32,000 bases of DNA from an uncultured archaeon. Lineage in GTDB: Archaea > Iainarchaeota > Iainarchaeia > Iainarchaeales > JAAZKV01. A program made the translations under genes and the position numbers. Of this stretch, positions 18,743-27,826 are shown one piece after another (the first letter of the stretch is position 1; every line of letters starts with the position of its first letter). The stretch is from contig CAZKBG010000001.1 in assembly GCA_964551375.1 (NCBI GenBank), positions 807,329 to 839,328 of the forward strand, in the 5' to 3' direction. The notes beneath the pieces were generated by a model. It was given only the letters and a program-made list of their open reading frames with translations, did no database searches and had not been told where the DNA came from.

Positions 18743-20276
18743 TATTCACACCTGCGCTGTCGGTTATAGTTGCTTCAACTGTCTGAGTCAAAAATGAAGT
18801 CTGAACAATCTGCCGAGTCTTAAGGCTAATAGTCGGGAAAAAACAAGGAGTCGGAGTGTGCCCGATTTTCTTTTCAAAATCAGTCTGCCCTTCCCAGCAG
18901 CTTGAATTAATTACAGTAGTGCCGCGATAAGTGGAGTAACCCTTGCAGTGCAGATCCCCAAACCAAACAATATCAGGCTCTTCCTTAATTACCATATAAT
19001 CCCTGCCTTCAGGAACATAAGGATTTTTTCCCCCATACTTTGGCATCAAGTCCCTCTTTTTCAAAAGCTCAATCATTGCTTCAGTAGGGCGGGTCATCTC
19101 AAGAAAACTCACACTGCTTATGAGGTCGTGAACACTCGGACCGTGATAAATTAAATTTTTTATTCCTTCAGTCTCCACCCAAGAAGGAGAAGAAATAAAA
19201 TGGAAATTATTTAATTTAGAAAGCCGGGGAACAAACTCCTTATCAATTCCGGGCTGGGGCTCCGCTCTTCTAACCGCATCATGCTGTCCAGGGCAGATGA
19301 AGACATGAATATATTCAGGAATCTGAAGCATTAAATCCTCAAATTTCTGGTACTGTTCATATACATCTTTAATTATGAGGTCATCAAACTGCCCAGGGTA
19401 AACTCCAACCCCGGCAACATTATCTCCAGTGCACATAATGTACTGAATTTTTCCCACTCTCTCCTGCTGTTTTGCAGTGAGTCCTTTTCCATTCAAATAA
19501 TCAAGAAGTCTAGTAAACTGCTCTTCGTAAAATAATTTACTTCCAACGTGCATGTCAGTAATTCCGCCGATTAATACTTCCTCATTAATTGTTCTGCTTG
19601 AGCGAATCGGAAGATCCGGCCAAAAAACATCTTTAATTATTATGAAATCTTTTCCCCATTTAGTTCCTTTAATCCCAACAACATTATCCTCAATAATCCT
19701 CTCGGCTTTTTCCATAGTGGCTTTGTCTTTCTCCATCACAAGCGCAATGCATTTATTTTCCATATCCTCAATCTCAAAAGCAGTGTGCCCCTTTTTTGTA
19801 ATCCATTTTTTATTTACAATTCCAATAACATCAATCTGCTCTTTATCCGGTTTTCCTGCAAGGTTTTTTATTGGAACTGCCGCAAGATTATGCCTTGCTT
19901 TAAGCATTCCTGATAAAATTTCATACTTGCTTCTAAATAATCTCAAAAAATCATCAATCTTTCCTTCAGAAGAACTCTGCCCTGTCACGTCATACTCTTT
20001 CATTACCCTAAAATCAGCCGCCCTGTCTTTCGCCTGCGCGGTAAATGAAGCTTTTCTGACCTCGACTTCAGTAACTACCTGCGAGATTTTAGTTCTTGCG
20101 AGTTTTTTCTCTAAAAGATTAGGCTCAATGAAAAAAACTCCTTCACTGGCAAGCTCGTCAAGAATTTTTTTCCAATTCTCGTTTTGAATAAGAAGGTCAA
20201 TGGATTCGTTTGAAAGAATAAGACCCGCATTTTCTGCAAAAGTAATTATATCGTTTCTAGTTGATTCCGACTGCAT
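18735..20276 (-). CDS. polB (DP1): DNA polymerase D small subunit DP1 (calcineurin-like phosphoesterase fold exonuclease)
   Basis: 'ITDMHVGS', 'CTGDNVAG', 'PGQHDAVRR', 'YHGPSVHD', 'WFGDLHCKGYSTYRG' motifs; 8-nt overlap with DP2. ATG at 20276 preferred; the track start is TTG at 20300. Confidence 0.95.
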   Translation of the reverse strand: MQSESTRNDIITFAENAGLILSNESIDLLIQNENWKKILDELASEGVFFIEPNLLEKKLARTKISQVVTEVEVRKASFTAQAKDRAADFRVMKEYDVTGQSSSEGKIDDFLRLFRSKYEILSGMLKARHNLAAVPIKNLAGKPDKEQIDVIGIVNKKWITKKGHTAFEIEDMENKCIALVMEKDKATMEKAERIIEDNVVGIKGTKWGKDFIIIKDVFWPDLPIRSSRTINEEVLIGGITDMHVGSKLFYEEQFTRLLDYLNGKGLTAKQQERVGKIQYIMCTGDNVAGVGVYPGQFDDLIIKDVYEQYQKFEDLMLQIPEYIHVFICPGQHDAVRRAEPQPGIDKEFVPRLSKLNNFHFISSPSWVETEGIKNLIYHGPSVHDLISSVSFLEMTRPTEAMIELLKKRDLMPKYGGKNPYVPEGRDYMVIKEEPDIVWFGDLHCKGYSTYRGTTVINSSCWEGQTDFEKKIGHTPTPCFFPTISLKTRQIVQTSFLTQTVEATITDSAGVNNG

Positions 20277-20330
20277 CAAACCAAGTGTCCAATCGGCCAA
20301 ACGTATTCTATTTTTGAAATACTCGCTTGT

Positions 20331-20573
20331 TCACTTCATCTTTTCCTTATTCGCTTCAATCAGCGAGATTAGGTGCCAGATGTCTGTTCTTGTATGATCA
20401 GGCATGTTGACGTCATTACTAATATCGTCAAGTAAATAAATCGCTTCGCTAAGCGAAGTGACATTTGCCTGCTTTACTTTAAAAACAGCTTCTTCTATTT
20501 TTGCCCTGATGTTACGCGGAACGGCTCTGTCTGCAACGATTTCATTCATTATTGCGAGAATTTCGTCGTTCAT
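20331..20573 (-). CDS. UPF0147 family protein
   Basis: 'VPRNIRAKIEEAVFKVK...SLSEAIYLLDDISNDVNMPDHTRTDIWHLIS' matches the UPF0147 pattern (VPRNIR / ISNDPNMPxHTRTxIW). Start MNDEILAI preferred. Confidence 0.85.
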   Translation of the reverse strand: MNDEILAIMNEIVADRAVPRNIRAKIEEAVFKVKQANVTSLSEAIYLLDDISNDVNMPDHTRTDIWHLISLIEANKEKMK

Positions 20574-20650
20574 TAATATCACCAAAAGGCACGAGTGCGA
20601 ACAATTCAATTAAGATTCGCCAGCCAATAATACAAAATAAGTGAGATGGC

Positions 20651-20661
20651 TTTTTAAACGC
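20651..20661 (-). promoter_or_regulatory. Putative TATA box for the UPF0147-DP1-DP2 operon
   Basis: 'CGTTTAAAAAG' on the minus strand, about 80 nt upstream of the UPF0147 start in an intergenic gap of ~215 nt. Confidence 0.35.
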
Positions 20662-20789
20662 AACTCGGGGGCAAAAGAAGGGTGCTAAAATATGCTAAAT
20701 TATAAACAAATTAAGTAGCGCGTGGTAAATTAAACTGCTTTATTCTTAATTAAAATAATTATCCGCTTAATTAGAATAAATTGAAAAGT

Positions 20790-21776
20790 TTAGTAAAGCT
20801 TGAAGTTCTTATCAAGAAGCAAATCTTTTAGAGTGGTTAAGTCTTTTCCTTCCACAACCATTTCATACCCTTCAAAAGCTTTTTTTGCATTAGCAACCTG
20901 CTCTTCGTTTGAAACATCAGACTTGGTTATTGCAATTAAGAATTTGTGCTTTGTGAAAAGCTTCTTAATTTCTGCAAACAAATTCTTTTGATTTGTTAAA
21001 TCATCAGTAGGGTCTACTACAAAAACAATTAATCCCTTCAAATGCTGAAGCGCTGTAATTGCTTTAAGCTCAATATCATTTCTTTCGTGCAATGGTCTGT
21101 CAAGAAGTCCAGGAGTGTCAATAACTTGAATTGGAATGTATCTCTTTTTGAAAACTCCAACATTAAGCCCTTTAGTTGTGAAAGGATAATTTGCAATCTC
21201 CGGTTTTGATTCAGTAAGTTTCTTTAACAGAGTGCTTTTTCCAACATTTGGAAAACCCGCAAGCATAATACAGTCCTCCTGAGTCCTAATTGAAGGCATT
21301 TCGCGAAGCTTTCTTGCAGTTTCGTTGTAAAAAGTAATTTTAGTTTTTAGTCCGTTGATTAAAGAAGCAACTCTTCCCACATAAGCCCTTCCAATATTCT
21401 TCGCTTCAGCTTCCGCGCCTCTTGTGTATTTTAATTCCTTAATTCTAATCAGCGCGTCTCTTCTCAATTTTTTTATTAATCTTGCAACTGAAGAAATGCT
21501 TGAAATGTGTTTTCTTAATTCATTAGTGTCAACAACGCATTCGTAAAGATCAGCGTAGAAAGGGTCAAGGTTATTGAAACTTGGCATTGCCTGAGTCGCT
21601 CTAAATAAAGCTTCTTCAAGGTAAGATGCAGAAACTTCGATTTTAGCAATCTCCGCTCCCTTAATAGTGTAAAACATAGTCTTTTGCTTTGGATAGCTTG
21701 AGCCAATTTTTCTTGCTCTTGAAAGCGAAGCGTCAAGAAGGTTTTCAGGCGTCTGCATGAAAGGGATGTCCATCAT
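20790..21776 (-). CDS. NOG1/OBG-family GTPase
   Basis: G1 'AGFPNVGKST', 'PFTTKGLNVG', G3 'DTPGLLDRP', G4 'TKSD'; N-terminal helical NOG1-like domain. Confidence 0.9.
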   Translation of the reverse strand: MMDIPFMQTPENLLDASLSRARKIGSSYPKQKTMFYTIKGAEIAKIEVSASYLEEALFRATQAMPSFNNLDPFYADLYECVVDTNELRKHISSISSVARLIKKLRRDALIRIKELKYTRGAEAEAKNIGRAYVGRVASLINGLKTKITFYNETARKLREMPSIRTQEDCIMLAGFPNVGKSTLLKKLTESKPEIANYPFTTKGLNVGVFKKRYIPIQVIDTPGLLDRPLHERNDIELKAITALQHLKGLIVFVVDPTDDLTNQKNLFAEIKKLFTKHKFLIAITKSDVSNEEQVANAKKAFEGYEMVVEGKDLTTLKDLLLDKNFKLY

Positions 21777-21942
21777 AAATAATCAATTCTAACAAATTTT
21801 TGGTCTTTAGCGCAGCTATGCAATATATTTAGGGAAAAGCAGGTTTTTAATTGATTGGAATTGATTTTTTTGGAGAAAAAAGCGGCAATTACGACCCTTT
21901 TTAATTCTTTTGAATTTAGGTAAATACATAGTGGTGCAAAAA

Positions 21943-22995
21943 ATGGAAGACGTTTACAAGCACAGATACAAAAAAATAATGATGATTCCGCTGATTTTGT
22001 TTATTCCTTTACTAATCATTACACTTGTTTACCCCGGAATATCTCAGGGAATTGATATGGCTGGAGGAAATGTAATAATTATCCGCTCAGAAAAAATGAT
22101 CACAGAAGCACAGCTTGTTTCTGTATTAAAAGAAAATTTTGAGCTTCACGAACTAAAAGTTACAACAATGACTTCACCCACTGGATTTGGGGCATGGATA
22201 CAATACTCAAAAGATCCAAAAATTGAGGAAGTTGAACAAATCCTTAGCAGAGCATCAGCGGCTGTGGATAATGACGCTGAATCAATTGTATTTTCAAACC
22301 AAGCGCTTGCAGCTCTTGGCAAACCCCCTTCTACTTCATTAAACGGAAAAACTGCCCTGCTTGAAGCAGAAACCGCTTTATCGGCTTATAATGAAGATTT
22401 TGCTAAAAAACTTGAAAGCACAATCACAGAAAAACTTGGATTAGGACAAAATGCTGAATTTCAAAGAAGAGAAGTATCTGCAACTTTAGGAGCAGCTTCG
22501 CTTCAATCATCATTTTTTATAGCGATAGTTGGAATAATATTAATTACAGTAGTTGTATTCATTGCATTTCGACAATTAGTTCCATCCTTAGCAATAATAC
22601 AAGCAATGATATTTGATGTGCTAATGGGAATGTTTGGAATGGTTGTATTAAATATTCCGTTATCCCTTACTACACTCCCTGCGTTATTATTGTTAATCGG
22701 TTATTCAATTGACACTGATATTATGTTAACTTCAAGACTTTTAAAAGTAAAAGACGGAAACCACGGGAAGCACGCAACAGACGCAATGATTACTGGGATA
22801 ACAATGATTGCGACAACCCTTGTGGCACTAGTTGTGATGCTTGCAGTATCCTACTTCTACCAAATAGAAGTAATTTACCAAATCTCAGCAATTTTATTCT
22901 TTGGATTAATCGGAGACTTAATCGCAACATGGATGATGAATGCTCCAATATTAATATGGTTCCTTGAAAAGAAGGAAGCGAAGAGACATTTTTAG
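21943..22995 (+). CDS. secF: Protein-export membrane protein SecF
   Basis: 'GIDMAGGN' after first TM, 'VVFIAFRQLVPSLAIIQAMIFDVLMGM', 'LLLIGYSIDTDIMLTSRLLK' characteristic of archaeal SecF. ATG at 21943 preceded by GTGGTG rather than the track TTG at 21910. Confidence 0.92.
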   Translation: MEDVYKHRYKKIMMIPLILFIPLLIITLVYPGISQGIDMAGGNVIIIRSEKMITEAQLVSVLKENFELHELKVTTMTSPTGFGAWIQYSKDPKIEEVEQILSRASAAVDNDAESIVFSNQALAALGKPPSTSLNGKTALLEAETALSAYNEDFAKKLESTITEKLGLGQNAEFQRREVSATLGAASLQSSFFIAIVGIILITVVVFIAFRQLVPSLAIIQAMIFDVLMGMFGMVVLNIPLSLTTLPALLLLIGYSIDTDIMLTSRLLKVKDGNHGKHATDAMITGITMIATTLVALVVMLAVSYFYQIEVIYQISAILFFGLIGDLIATWMMNAPILIWFLEKKEAKRHF

Positions 22996-23006
22996 GTGTG
23001 TAAAAG

Positions 23007-24641
23007 ATGGCAAACCCTTTGATTAAAAATTGGCAGATTACTTTGCTTGCAATATTCTTGATATTATCGGTTATTGCAATATTATTCAGCGGAATAAGGC
23101 TTGGAATGGATTTTAAGGGCGGAACACTTTACCAAGTTGAACTTCAAAAAGAAGTAAGCTCGGATGAGATTGCAAGAATATCAAACATTATTGCACAGAG
23201 AGTGGACCCTTCAGGACTAAAGGATGCTACTGTTTATCCAGTTGGAAAACAATTTATTGTTGTACAGCTCACGGAAACTAATCCGGTAGAGCTTGAAAAA
23301 GTTGAGTCGCGAATAAGACAGCAGGGAAAGTTTGAAGCAACGCTTGACGGAAATGTTGTTTTCACAGGGGATGAAATAAGAAAAGTAATGAGAGGAGATG
23401 CGTCTTACGGAGTAGGGAGAATCGGGGCAAATGCTTACGAATGGAGCCTGCCGTTTATTCTTAACGAAGCGGCTACAAAGCGATTTAAGGAAATGACTTT
23501 CCACAAATGCACCGCAGTTGGGTTTGGAACAAGCGGAAACCCCACTTACGAATGCGAAAAAACTGTCTTTTTCTTGGACAAGCCTTCAGCTTTAGTAGTT
23601 ACAACAGAAGAACAATACTCTCTTGATGCTGATTTATTATCAACAGGAGACAGATTCCAAAATATTCCTGAAGGAACTGATATTACTGAAATAATAAGTG
23701 ATTCCCAAGTTACAGTGCTAATAGTTGATGCAAATAAATCGCTTGACAAAACAGCTGCAAGAGCGGCATTTGGAAAAATAAGAGACGCGATAGTATCTCC
23801 TGACGTGAGCGAATCAGTAAAAAATGATTTAAACGCAATCGGATACACTGTGACAGTTGCGCAAGTAGTTGAAGGCAAGCCATGGGTTTGGGGCGTTCTT
23901 GGCGCAAGGCAGATAATTAATCTTACTGAAGGAATCACAAACGAAGATGTGCCTGATATTTCACAGGCAAAAGAATTTTCATCACTAAGAATCTCAGGAC
24001 AAAGAGCGGATTTTAAAGAAGCTCAAACAGACCTTGAAGACTTGGCAATACTGCTTGAAAGCGGCTCGCTTCCAACTCCAGTGAAGAGCATTTCAAAAGA
24101 AACAGTATCAGCTTCACTAGGTGAATCATTCTTAACAAATATAATAATCATGGGAATACTTGCAGCAATAACAGTAGCAATAGTAATTGTAGTAAGATAC
24201 AGAGTTCCAAAATTAGTAATACCAATTTTCTTAACTGGACTGAGCGAAATAGTAATCCTAATGGGATTTTTAGCAATAACGCAAAGACCGCTTGATTTAG
24301 CAGCATTTGCGGGGTTGATTGCAGCAATTGGAACAGGAGTAGATTCAGAAATTGTAATTACTGATGAAATACTCGGCAAATCACACGAACACCACGAATC
24401 GCTTGTTCACAGAGCAAAAACAGCGCTCTTCATTATCGCAACAAGCGCATTCACAATGATTGCAGTGATGGGACCAATAGTATTATTCTCAAGAAACTTG
24501 CCTGGGCTTGATAAGTTGTACGGATTTGCGGTAGTAGCAATCGTTGGAGCGCTAATTGGAATCTTAATCACAAGACCAGCATTCACAAAAATAGTTGGAA
24601 TGATAGTGCAGTCAAAAGAAGAACACGAACGCCACAACTAA
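23007..24641 (+). CDS. secD: Protein-export membrane protein SecD
   Basis: 'LGMDFKGGTLYQVEL', 'LAAFAGLIAAIGTGVDSEIVITDEIL' characteristic of archaeal SecD; adjacent to secF in the usual archaeal order. Confidence 0.92.
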   Translation: MANPLIKNWQITLLAIFLILSVIAILFSGIRLGMDFKGGTLYQVELQKEVSSDEIARISNIIAQRVDPSGLKDATVYPVGKQFIVVQLTETNPVELEKVESRIRQQGKFEATLDGNVVFTGDEIRKVMRGDASYGVGRIGANAYEWSLPFILNEAATKRFKEMTFHKCTAVGFGTSGNPTYECEKTVFFLDKPSALVVTTEEQYSLDADLLSTGDRFQNIPEGTDITEIISDSQVTVLIVDANKSLDKTAARAAFGKIRDAIVSPDVSESVKNDLNAIGYTVTVAQVVEGKPWVWGVLGARQIINLTEGITNEDVPDISQAKEFSSLRISGQRADFKEAQTDLEDLAILLESGSLPTPVKSISKETVSASLGESFLTNIIIMGILAAITVAIVIVVRYRVPKLVIPIFLTGLSEIVILMGFLAITQRPLDLAAFAGLIAAIGTGVDSEIVITDEILGKSHEHHESLVHRAKTALFIIATSAFTMIAVMGPIVLFSRNLPGLDKLYGFAVVAIVGALIGILITRPAFTKIVGMIVQSKEEHERHN

Positions 24642-24679
24642 TCACAAATAAAATATCCTTCTGTTAAAACTTATTAAGC

Positions 24680-24705
24680 GGCAAGTACTTAGTTTCTTAC
24701 TTGCC
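24680..24705. terminator. Perfect 8-bp inverted repeat between convergent genes (candidate bidirectional terminator)
   Basis: GGCAAGTA-cttagtttct-TACTTGCC followed by a T-rich 'tatttatttt' in the 122-nt convergent gap. Confidence 0.4.
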
Positions 24706-24763
24706 AAGTATTTATTTTGTGTAAGTAAGTGTTGAAGTGGATTTTGGAGTGAATTTGCTGGGG

Positions 24764-25312
24764 TTAAATTAATTCTCTAAACTCTTCAACTTTTTCCATT
24801 CTCTTTGTTCCATAATACCAGATGATTAGAACAATACCGCTCATAATAAACCAAGTAATTTCATGAACTAATTCAGCGTTAAAACCGATTTTGGCTGCTA
24901 AGAGAACAAGCATAACTCTTGGAATATTAACTAAGAGAATAATTATTGTCCCAAGAAGGAAAAGGGCAAGCTTTTTCTCTAACTTCGGCCTTCTTAATGA
25001 GAAAATAATTGCTCCCAAAATACTTGCGCTTACTAAGCCAGTGCATAGGTTAGAAACAACAAAAGAGTTTTCCCCAATAGTAATTTCAGTTCCATTTCTC
25101 TCTAAATTCAAAGCGCTTGCGCTAATATAGGCAATTGAGTTGTTTAAAGGCGCAAGAGGAGCAAACTCAATTAAAATTTGGGCTACTGCAAAGATTACAA
25201 AGAACTTGATTAAAAAGACAAGTATTTTTTTTGAGTGAGAAGTCGTGCTGCTATTATTACTTTTTTTAATTTTTTGATGAATTTTACTATGGCTCCGCTT
25301 TGTTTTTGCCAT
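24764..25312 (-). CDS. Exosortase/archaeosortase family membrane protease-transpeptidase
   Basis: Multi-TM 182 aa protein with the family triad: Cys in 'SNLCTGLVSASIL', Arg in 'LVNIPRVMLVLLAAKIG', His in 'ELVHEITWFIMSGIVLIIWYY'. Confidence 0.87.
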   Translation of the reverse strand: MAKTKRSHSKIHQKIKKSNNSSTTSHSKKILVFLIKFFVIFAVAQILIEFAPLAPLNNSIAYISASALNLERNGTEITIGENSFVVSNLCTGLVSASILGAIIFSLRRPKLEKKLALFLLGTIIILLVNIPRVMLVLLAAKIGFNAELVHEITWFIMSGIVLIIWYYGTKRMEKVEEFRELI

Positions 25313-25319
25313 TTTATTA

Positions 25320-25865
25320 TCACCAAGGAACCTTTTTCAGCTTCCAAATATAAGCAAGCCAGTTAGTGAACCTATGAATAAAGAAAGTCGCAATCAAAAG
25401 AACAATCACAATCCAATACGCAGGAAGCACCACAATACAGGACAATACCAAACCGCCCAAAATAAAGTCAAGCTGGTCAGCAAGATCCCACTTCTCTCCG
25501 CTTTTGATTCCAAATCTTCTCTTAAAGAAACTCTTAACCAAATCCCCCAAAATTGCTCCAAGAGAAAGGTAAAACGCAAGCTCAATATAATTAGGAATCA
25601 AAGTTAAAAGATGAGGCGAAACTAAAACAAGAATTGCCGCGATTAAAGTTCCGCTCGTAATTCCAGCAAGAGTGCCGATAATTGTTTTTCCTTTCCCAAA
25701 AAGAGGCTTTTCCCAGAGTTTTTTATTCAAATCAAGAGGAGTTTTGCCATGAATTACAACAGGAATTGAATTAGCAACATAAAGAGGAATTGCATAAAGC
25801 AAAATAAGCGTGATTGGATTGATAAGGCTAACAAGAGTTGGAATAATCAGGTCAATTGAACTCAT
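25320..25865 (-). CDS. carS: CDP-2,3-bis-(O-geranylgeranyl)-sn-glycerol (CDP-archaeol) synthase-like protein
   Basis: 'NPITLILLYAIPLYVANSIPVVIHGKTPLD', 'PLFGKGKTIIGTLAG', 'LGAILGDLVKSFFKRRFGIKSGEKWDLADQLDFILGGL' match the CarS/DUF46 family (CDP-alcohol signature-like end). Start MSSIDLI preferred. Confidence 0.9.
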   Translation of the reverse strand: MSSIDLIIPTLVSLINPITLILLYAIPLYVANSIPVVIHGKTPLDLNKKLWEKPLFGKGKTIIGTLAGITSGTLIAAILVLVSPHLLTLIPNYIELAFYLSLGAILGDLVKSFFKRRFGIKSGEKWDLADQLDFILGGLVLSCIVVLPAYWIVIVLLIATFFIHRFTNWLAYIWKLKKVPW

Positions 25866-25893
25866 CAAAACCACTTTACAGAACTAAACTTAG

Positions 25894-26595
25894 TCAGATT
25901 AATAAGCCAAGCAGTATGCAAAAAACGGCTCCAGCAGTAGAGCCGATTAAATTAACCTGTGTTTTATCAAGCAAGTGCTTTGTTTCAAACAACCCGCCGA
26001 AAATTGAATCAACATTTGAGCCAACTAATCCCGCAAGAAGAACTACAATAGTTCCCCAAATATTTTGATAAGCAAAAAAGTAAATAAATGCAATTACAAT
26101 TCCGCCAAAGAGAGCTGCTCCTTCCCCCAGCATTGTAACTCCGCCATCAGTGCCTTTAGGGCACGGCTTAAGAGTAGTAATCATCACAGGCTTCTTCTTT
26201 GAATAATAACCGATTTCTGAAGACAAAGTATCAGCTAAAGCTGCTGAGATTGCCCCAAAGAACCCAAGCTCAAGAAGCACGGCATAATCCGGAAAGATTA
26301 AAATTAGTATAAGCATTGCAAGCGCGGGAAGAGAATTCCCAATAACATTCATAATATTTCTCTGCTCGTGCTTTTTTCTTGGGAAATTACTTGCAATTTC
26401 TCCAATCACAAAAAAAACAACAACAGAGCCAAGGTCAATTAGTGGATTAGGGCCAAAAGTAATCGCCGCAAGTCCCACAGCATTTGCGATTAAAACTCCC
26501 TCAAAATCAAGGAGCTTTTTTCTATAAGAAAAGAGCGAAAAAACAAAGAGGAAAACAAGAATAATCCCTAACTGAAAAGGATCATTAATTGCCAT
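25894..26595 (-). CDS. DUF92/TMEM19-like integral membrane protein
   Basis: 'DFEGVLIANAVGLAAITFG', 'SLPALAMLILILIFPDYAVLLELGFFGAISAALADTLSSEIG', 'GTDGGVTMLGEGAALFGG', 'GLVGSNVDSIFGGLFE' match DUF92 motifs. Confidence 0.85.
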   Translation of the reverse strand: MAINDPFQLGIILVFLFVFSLFSYRKKLLDFEGVLIANAVGLAAITFGPNPLIDLGSVVVFFVIGEIASNFPRKKHEQRNIMNVIGNSLPALAMLILILIFPDYAVLLELGFFGAISAALADTLSSEIGYYSKKKPVMITTLKPCPKGTDGGVTMLGEGAALFGGIVIAFIYFFAYQNIWGTIVVLLAGLVGSNVDSIFGGLFETKHLLDKTQVNLIGSTAGAVFCILLGLLI

Positions 26596-26611
26596 ACCAT
26601 TCCTTCGCTAA

Positions 26612-27208
26612 TTATTTAGATCCAAAGAAAGTAGATTTAGCCACAATAACTTTCTTTACAGGGCAAATCTTTGAAGCCTTCTTGAATAATTCGTTTGAAA
26701 AATTTCCTAGTAAAAGTTCCTGGACAACAAGTTCAAAATCTCTTCCCTTAAGAACAGCTAAAGAATCATCAATCATTTTTCTAATGATTGTCTTCTGAGC
26801 ATTAGTAGCCTTTCTGTCGGTTACAACAACAACAGTAGTCATTGCGTCTCCGCCAATAACAGGAATTCTTTTTACCAAACCAACTTTACTGTTTCTTCTT
26901 CTAACAGTTCTTCCAAGAGTTCCCTTGTTTACTGCGAATTGAGAAACAACCGTAGAAGCGTTCTGCCCCTGAATGTCGTTAACCTTGAATGAAATAACAT
27001 AATCTCTCTTTGCTCTCTGTCCAGTAACAGTGTCAAGAGTAGTTTTTAGAGTTCTTCCCATTATGTTCTTTGGCTTTTCTCCGGGAGTATCGCACAAAGG
27101 TCTTCTGTCAAAGATTTTAGAAGCTGAAATAGTGAACCACTTTTTCTTCTTCCACTTATCAACAGTTTTTCTTGCTGCGCTTGCTTTCTGTGCTTTTGTT
27201 TCCGCCAT
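26612..27208 (-). CDS. rps3ae: 30S ribosomal protein eS1 (S3Ae)
   Basis: 'KKKWFTISASKIFDRRPLCDTPGEKPKNIMGRTLKTTLDTVTG' diagnostic N-terminal region of S3Ae. Confidence 0.95.
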   Translation of the reverse strand: MAETKAQKASAARKTVDKWKKKKWFTISASKIFDRRPLCDTPGEKPKNIMGRTLKTTLDTVTGQRAKRDYVISFKVNDIQGQNASTVVSQFAVNKGTLGRTVRRRNSKVGLVKRIPVIGGDAMTTVVVVTDRKATNAQKTIIRKMIDDSLAVLKGRDFELVVQELLLGNFSNELFKKASKICPVKKVIVAKSTFFGSK

Positions 27209-27322
27209 AATTTCACTCTCTTAACAATTCATCAATCTTACTTAAAGATTCAATGCCTTCCCCTTCAAAAACAACTTCCTTGCCTTTTAAGAGTCTGGCT
27301 TTAACTATCAAATCCTTCACCT

Positions 27323-27739
27323 TTACTTCACTAGAAGAGCTGCCTGTTCAGGTGAGTATGCCCAACCTGCCGGGATTCTCTCTTTCTTTGAGTAATACTT
27401 AGTTAATCTTCTGATTTTTGAAACAGTTAATTCGTACCCTCTCTTTGCAGAATAATCCTTTTTATTCTTGTTCATGTGATTGTACAAAACAACGCTTCTT
27501 CTGATTAAATTTAACAAATCTTCAGGCATTTCTCCTAATAAGTTGTTTTCCTTTAATACCTGCTGGATTCCTTTACCGCTAGCTTCAACGAAGTTTTTTA
27601 CCCCGTGCTCGTCTCTTAAGATTAAGCCGATTTTACTAGCTGAATGACCTGCATTGGCAAGAGAAACGATTTGTTCCTCAATATCCTTTGAGTCATACTC
27701 CTTAACACTTACTTCCTTAGTTTTCTTTTTAGCCGCCAT
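27323..27739 (-). CDS. rps15: 30S ribosomal protein uS15
   Basis: 'HSASKIGLILRDEHGVKNF', 'PEDLLNLIRRSVVLYNHMNKNKKDYSAKRGYELTVSKIRRLTKYY' typical of archaeal uS15. Confidence 0.95.
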   Translation of the reverse strand: MAAKKKTKEVSVKEYDSKDIEEQIVSLANAGHSASKIGLILRDEHGVKNFVEASGKGIQQVLKENNLLGEMPEDLLNLIRRSVVLYNHMNKNKKDYSAKRGYELTVSKIRRLTKYYSKKERIPAGWAYSPEQAALLVK

Positions 27740-27764
27740 ATATTTTCAACTCTGAAATTTAACC

Positions 27765-27788
27765 TTCCCAACCATTCCGGCTTGGGAA
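27765..27788 (-). promoter_or_regulatory. Hairpin in the uS15 5' leader, candidate autoregulatory element
   Basis: Minus strand TTCCCAA-g-CC-ggaat-GG-TTGGGAA: 7 bp + 2 bp stem with a single bulged G, 25 nt upstream of the ATG and downstream of the putative promoter. Confidence 0.4.
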
Positions 27789-27826
27789 AGAACCATAAAA
27801 TCAATACTTAAATTACTAAAAAGAAT

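Noticed and set aside
19552-20187. 211 aa plus-strand ORF opposite DP1
   Set aside because: Ser/Leu/Phe-rich mirror of a well supported polymerase subunit; no independent motif support.
20574-20789. Intergenic ~215 nt considered as a possible tRNA or small structured RNA gene
   Set aside because: No cloverleaf or T-loop (GTTCRA) pattern found by eye. A TATA-like element explains part of it, so an ncRNA claim is unsupported without folding/RNA-seq data.
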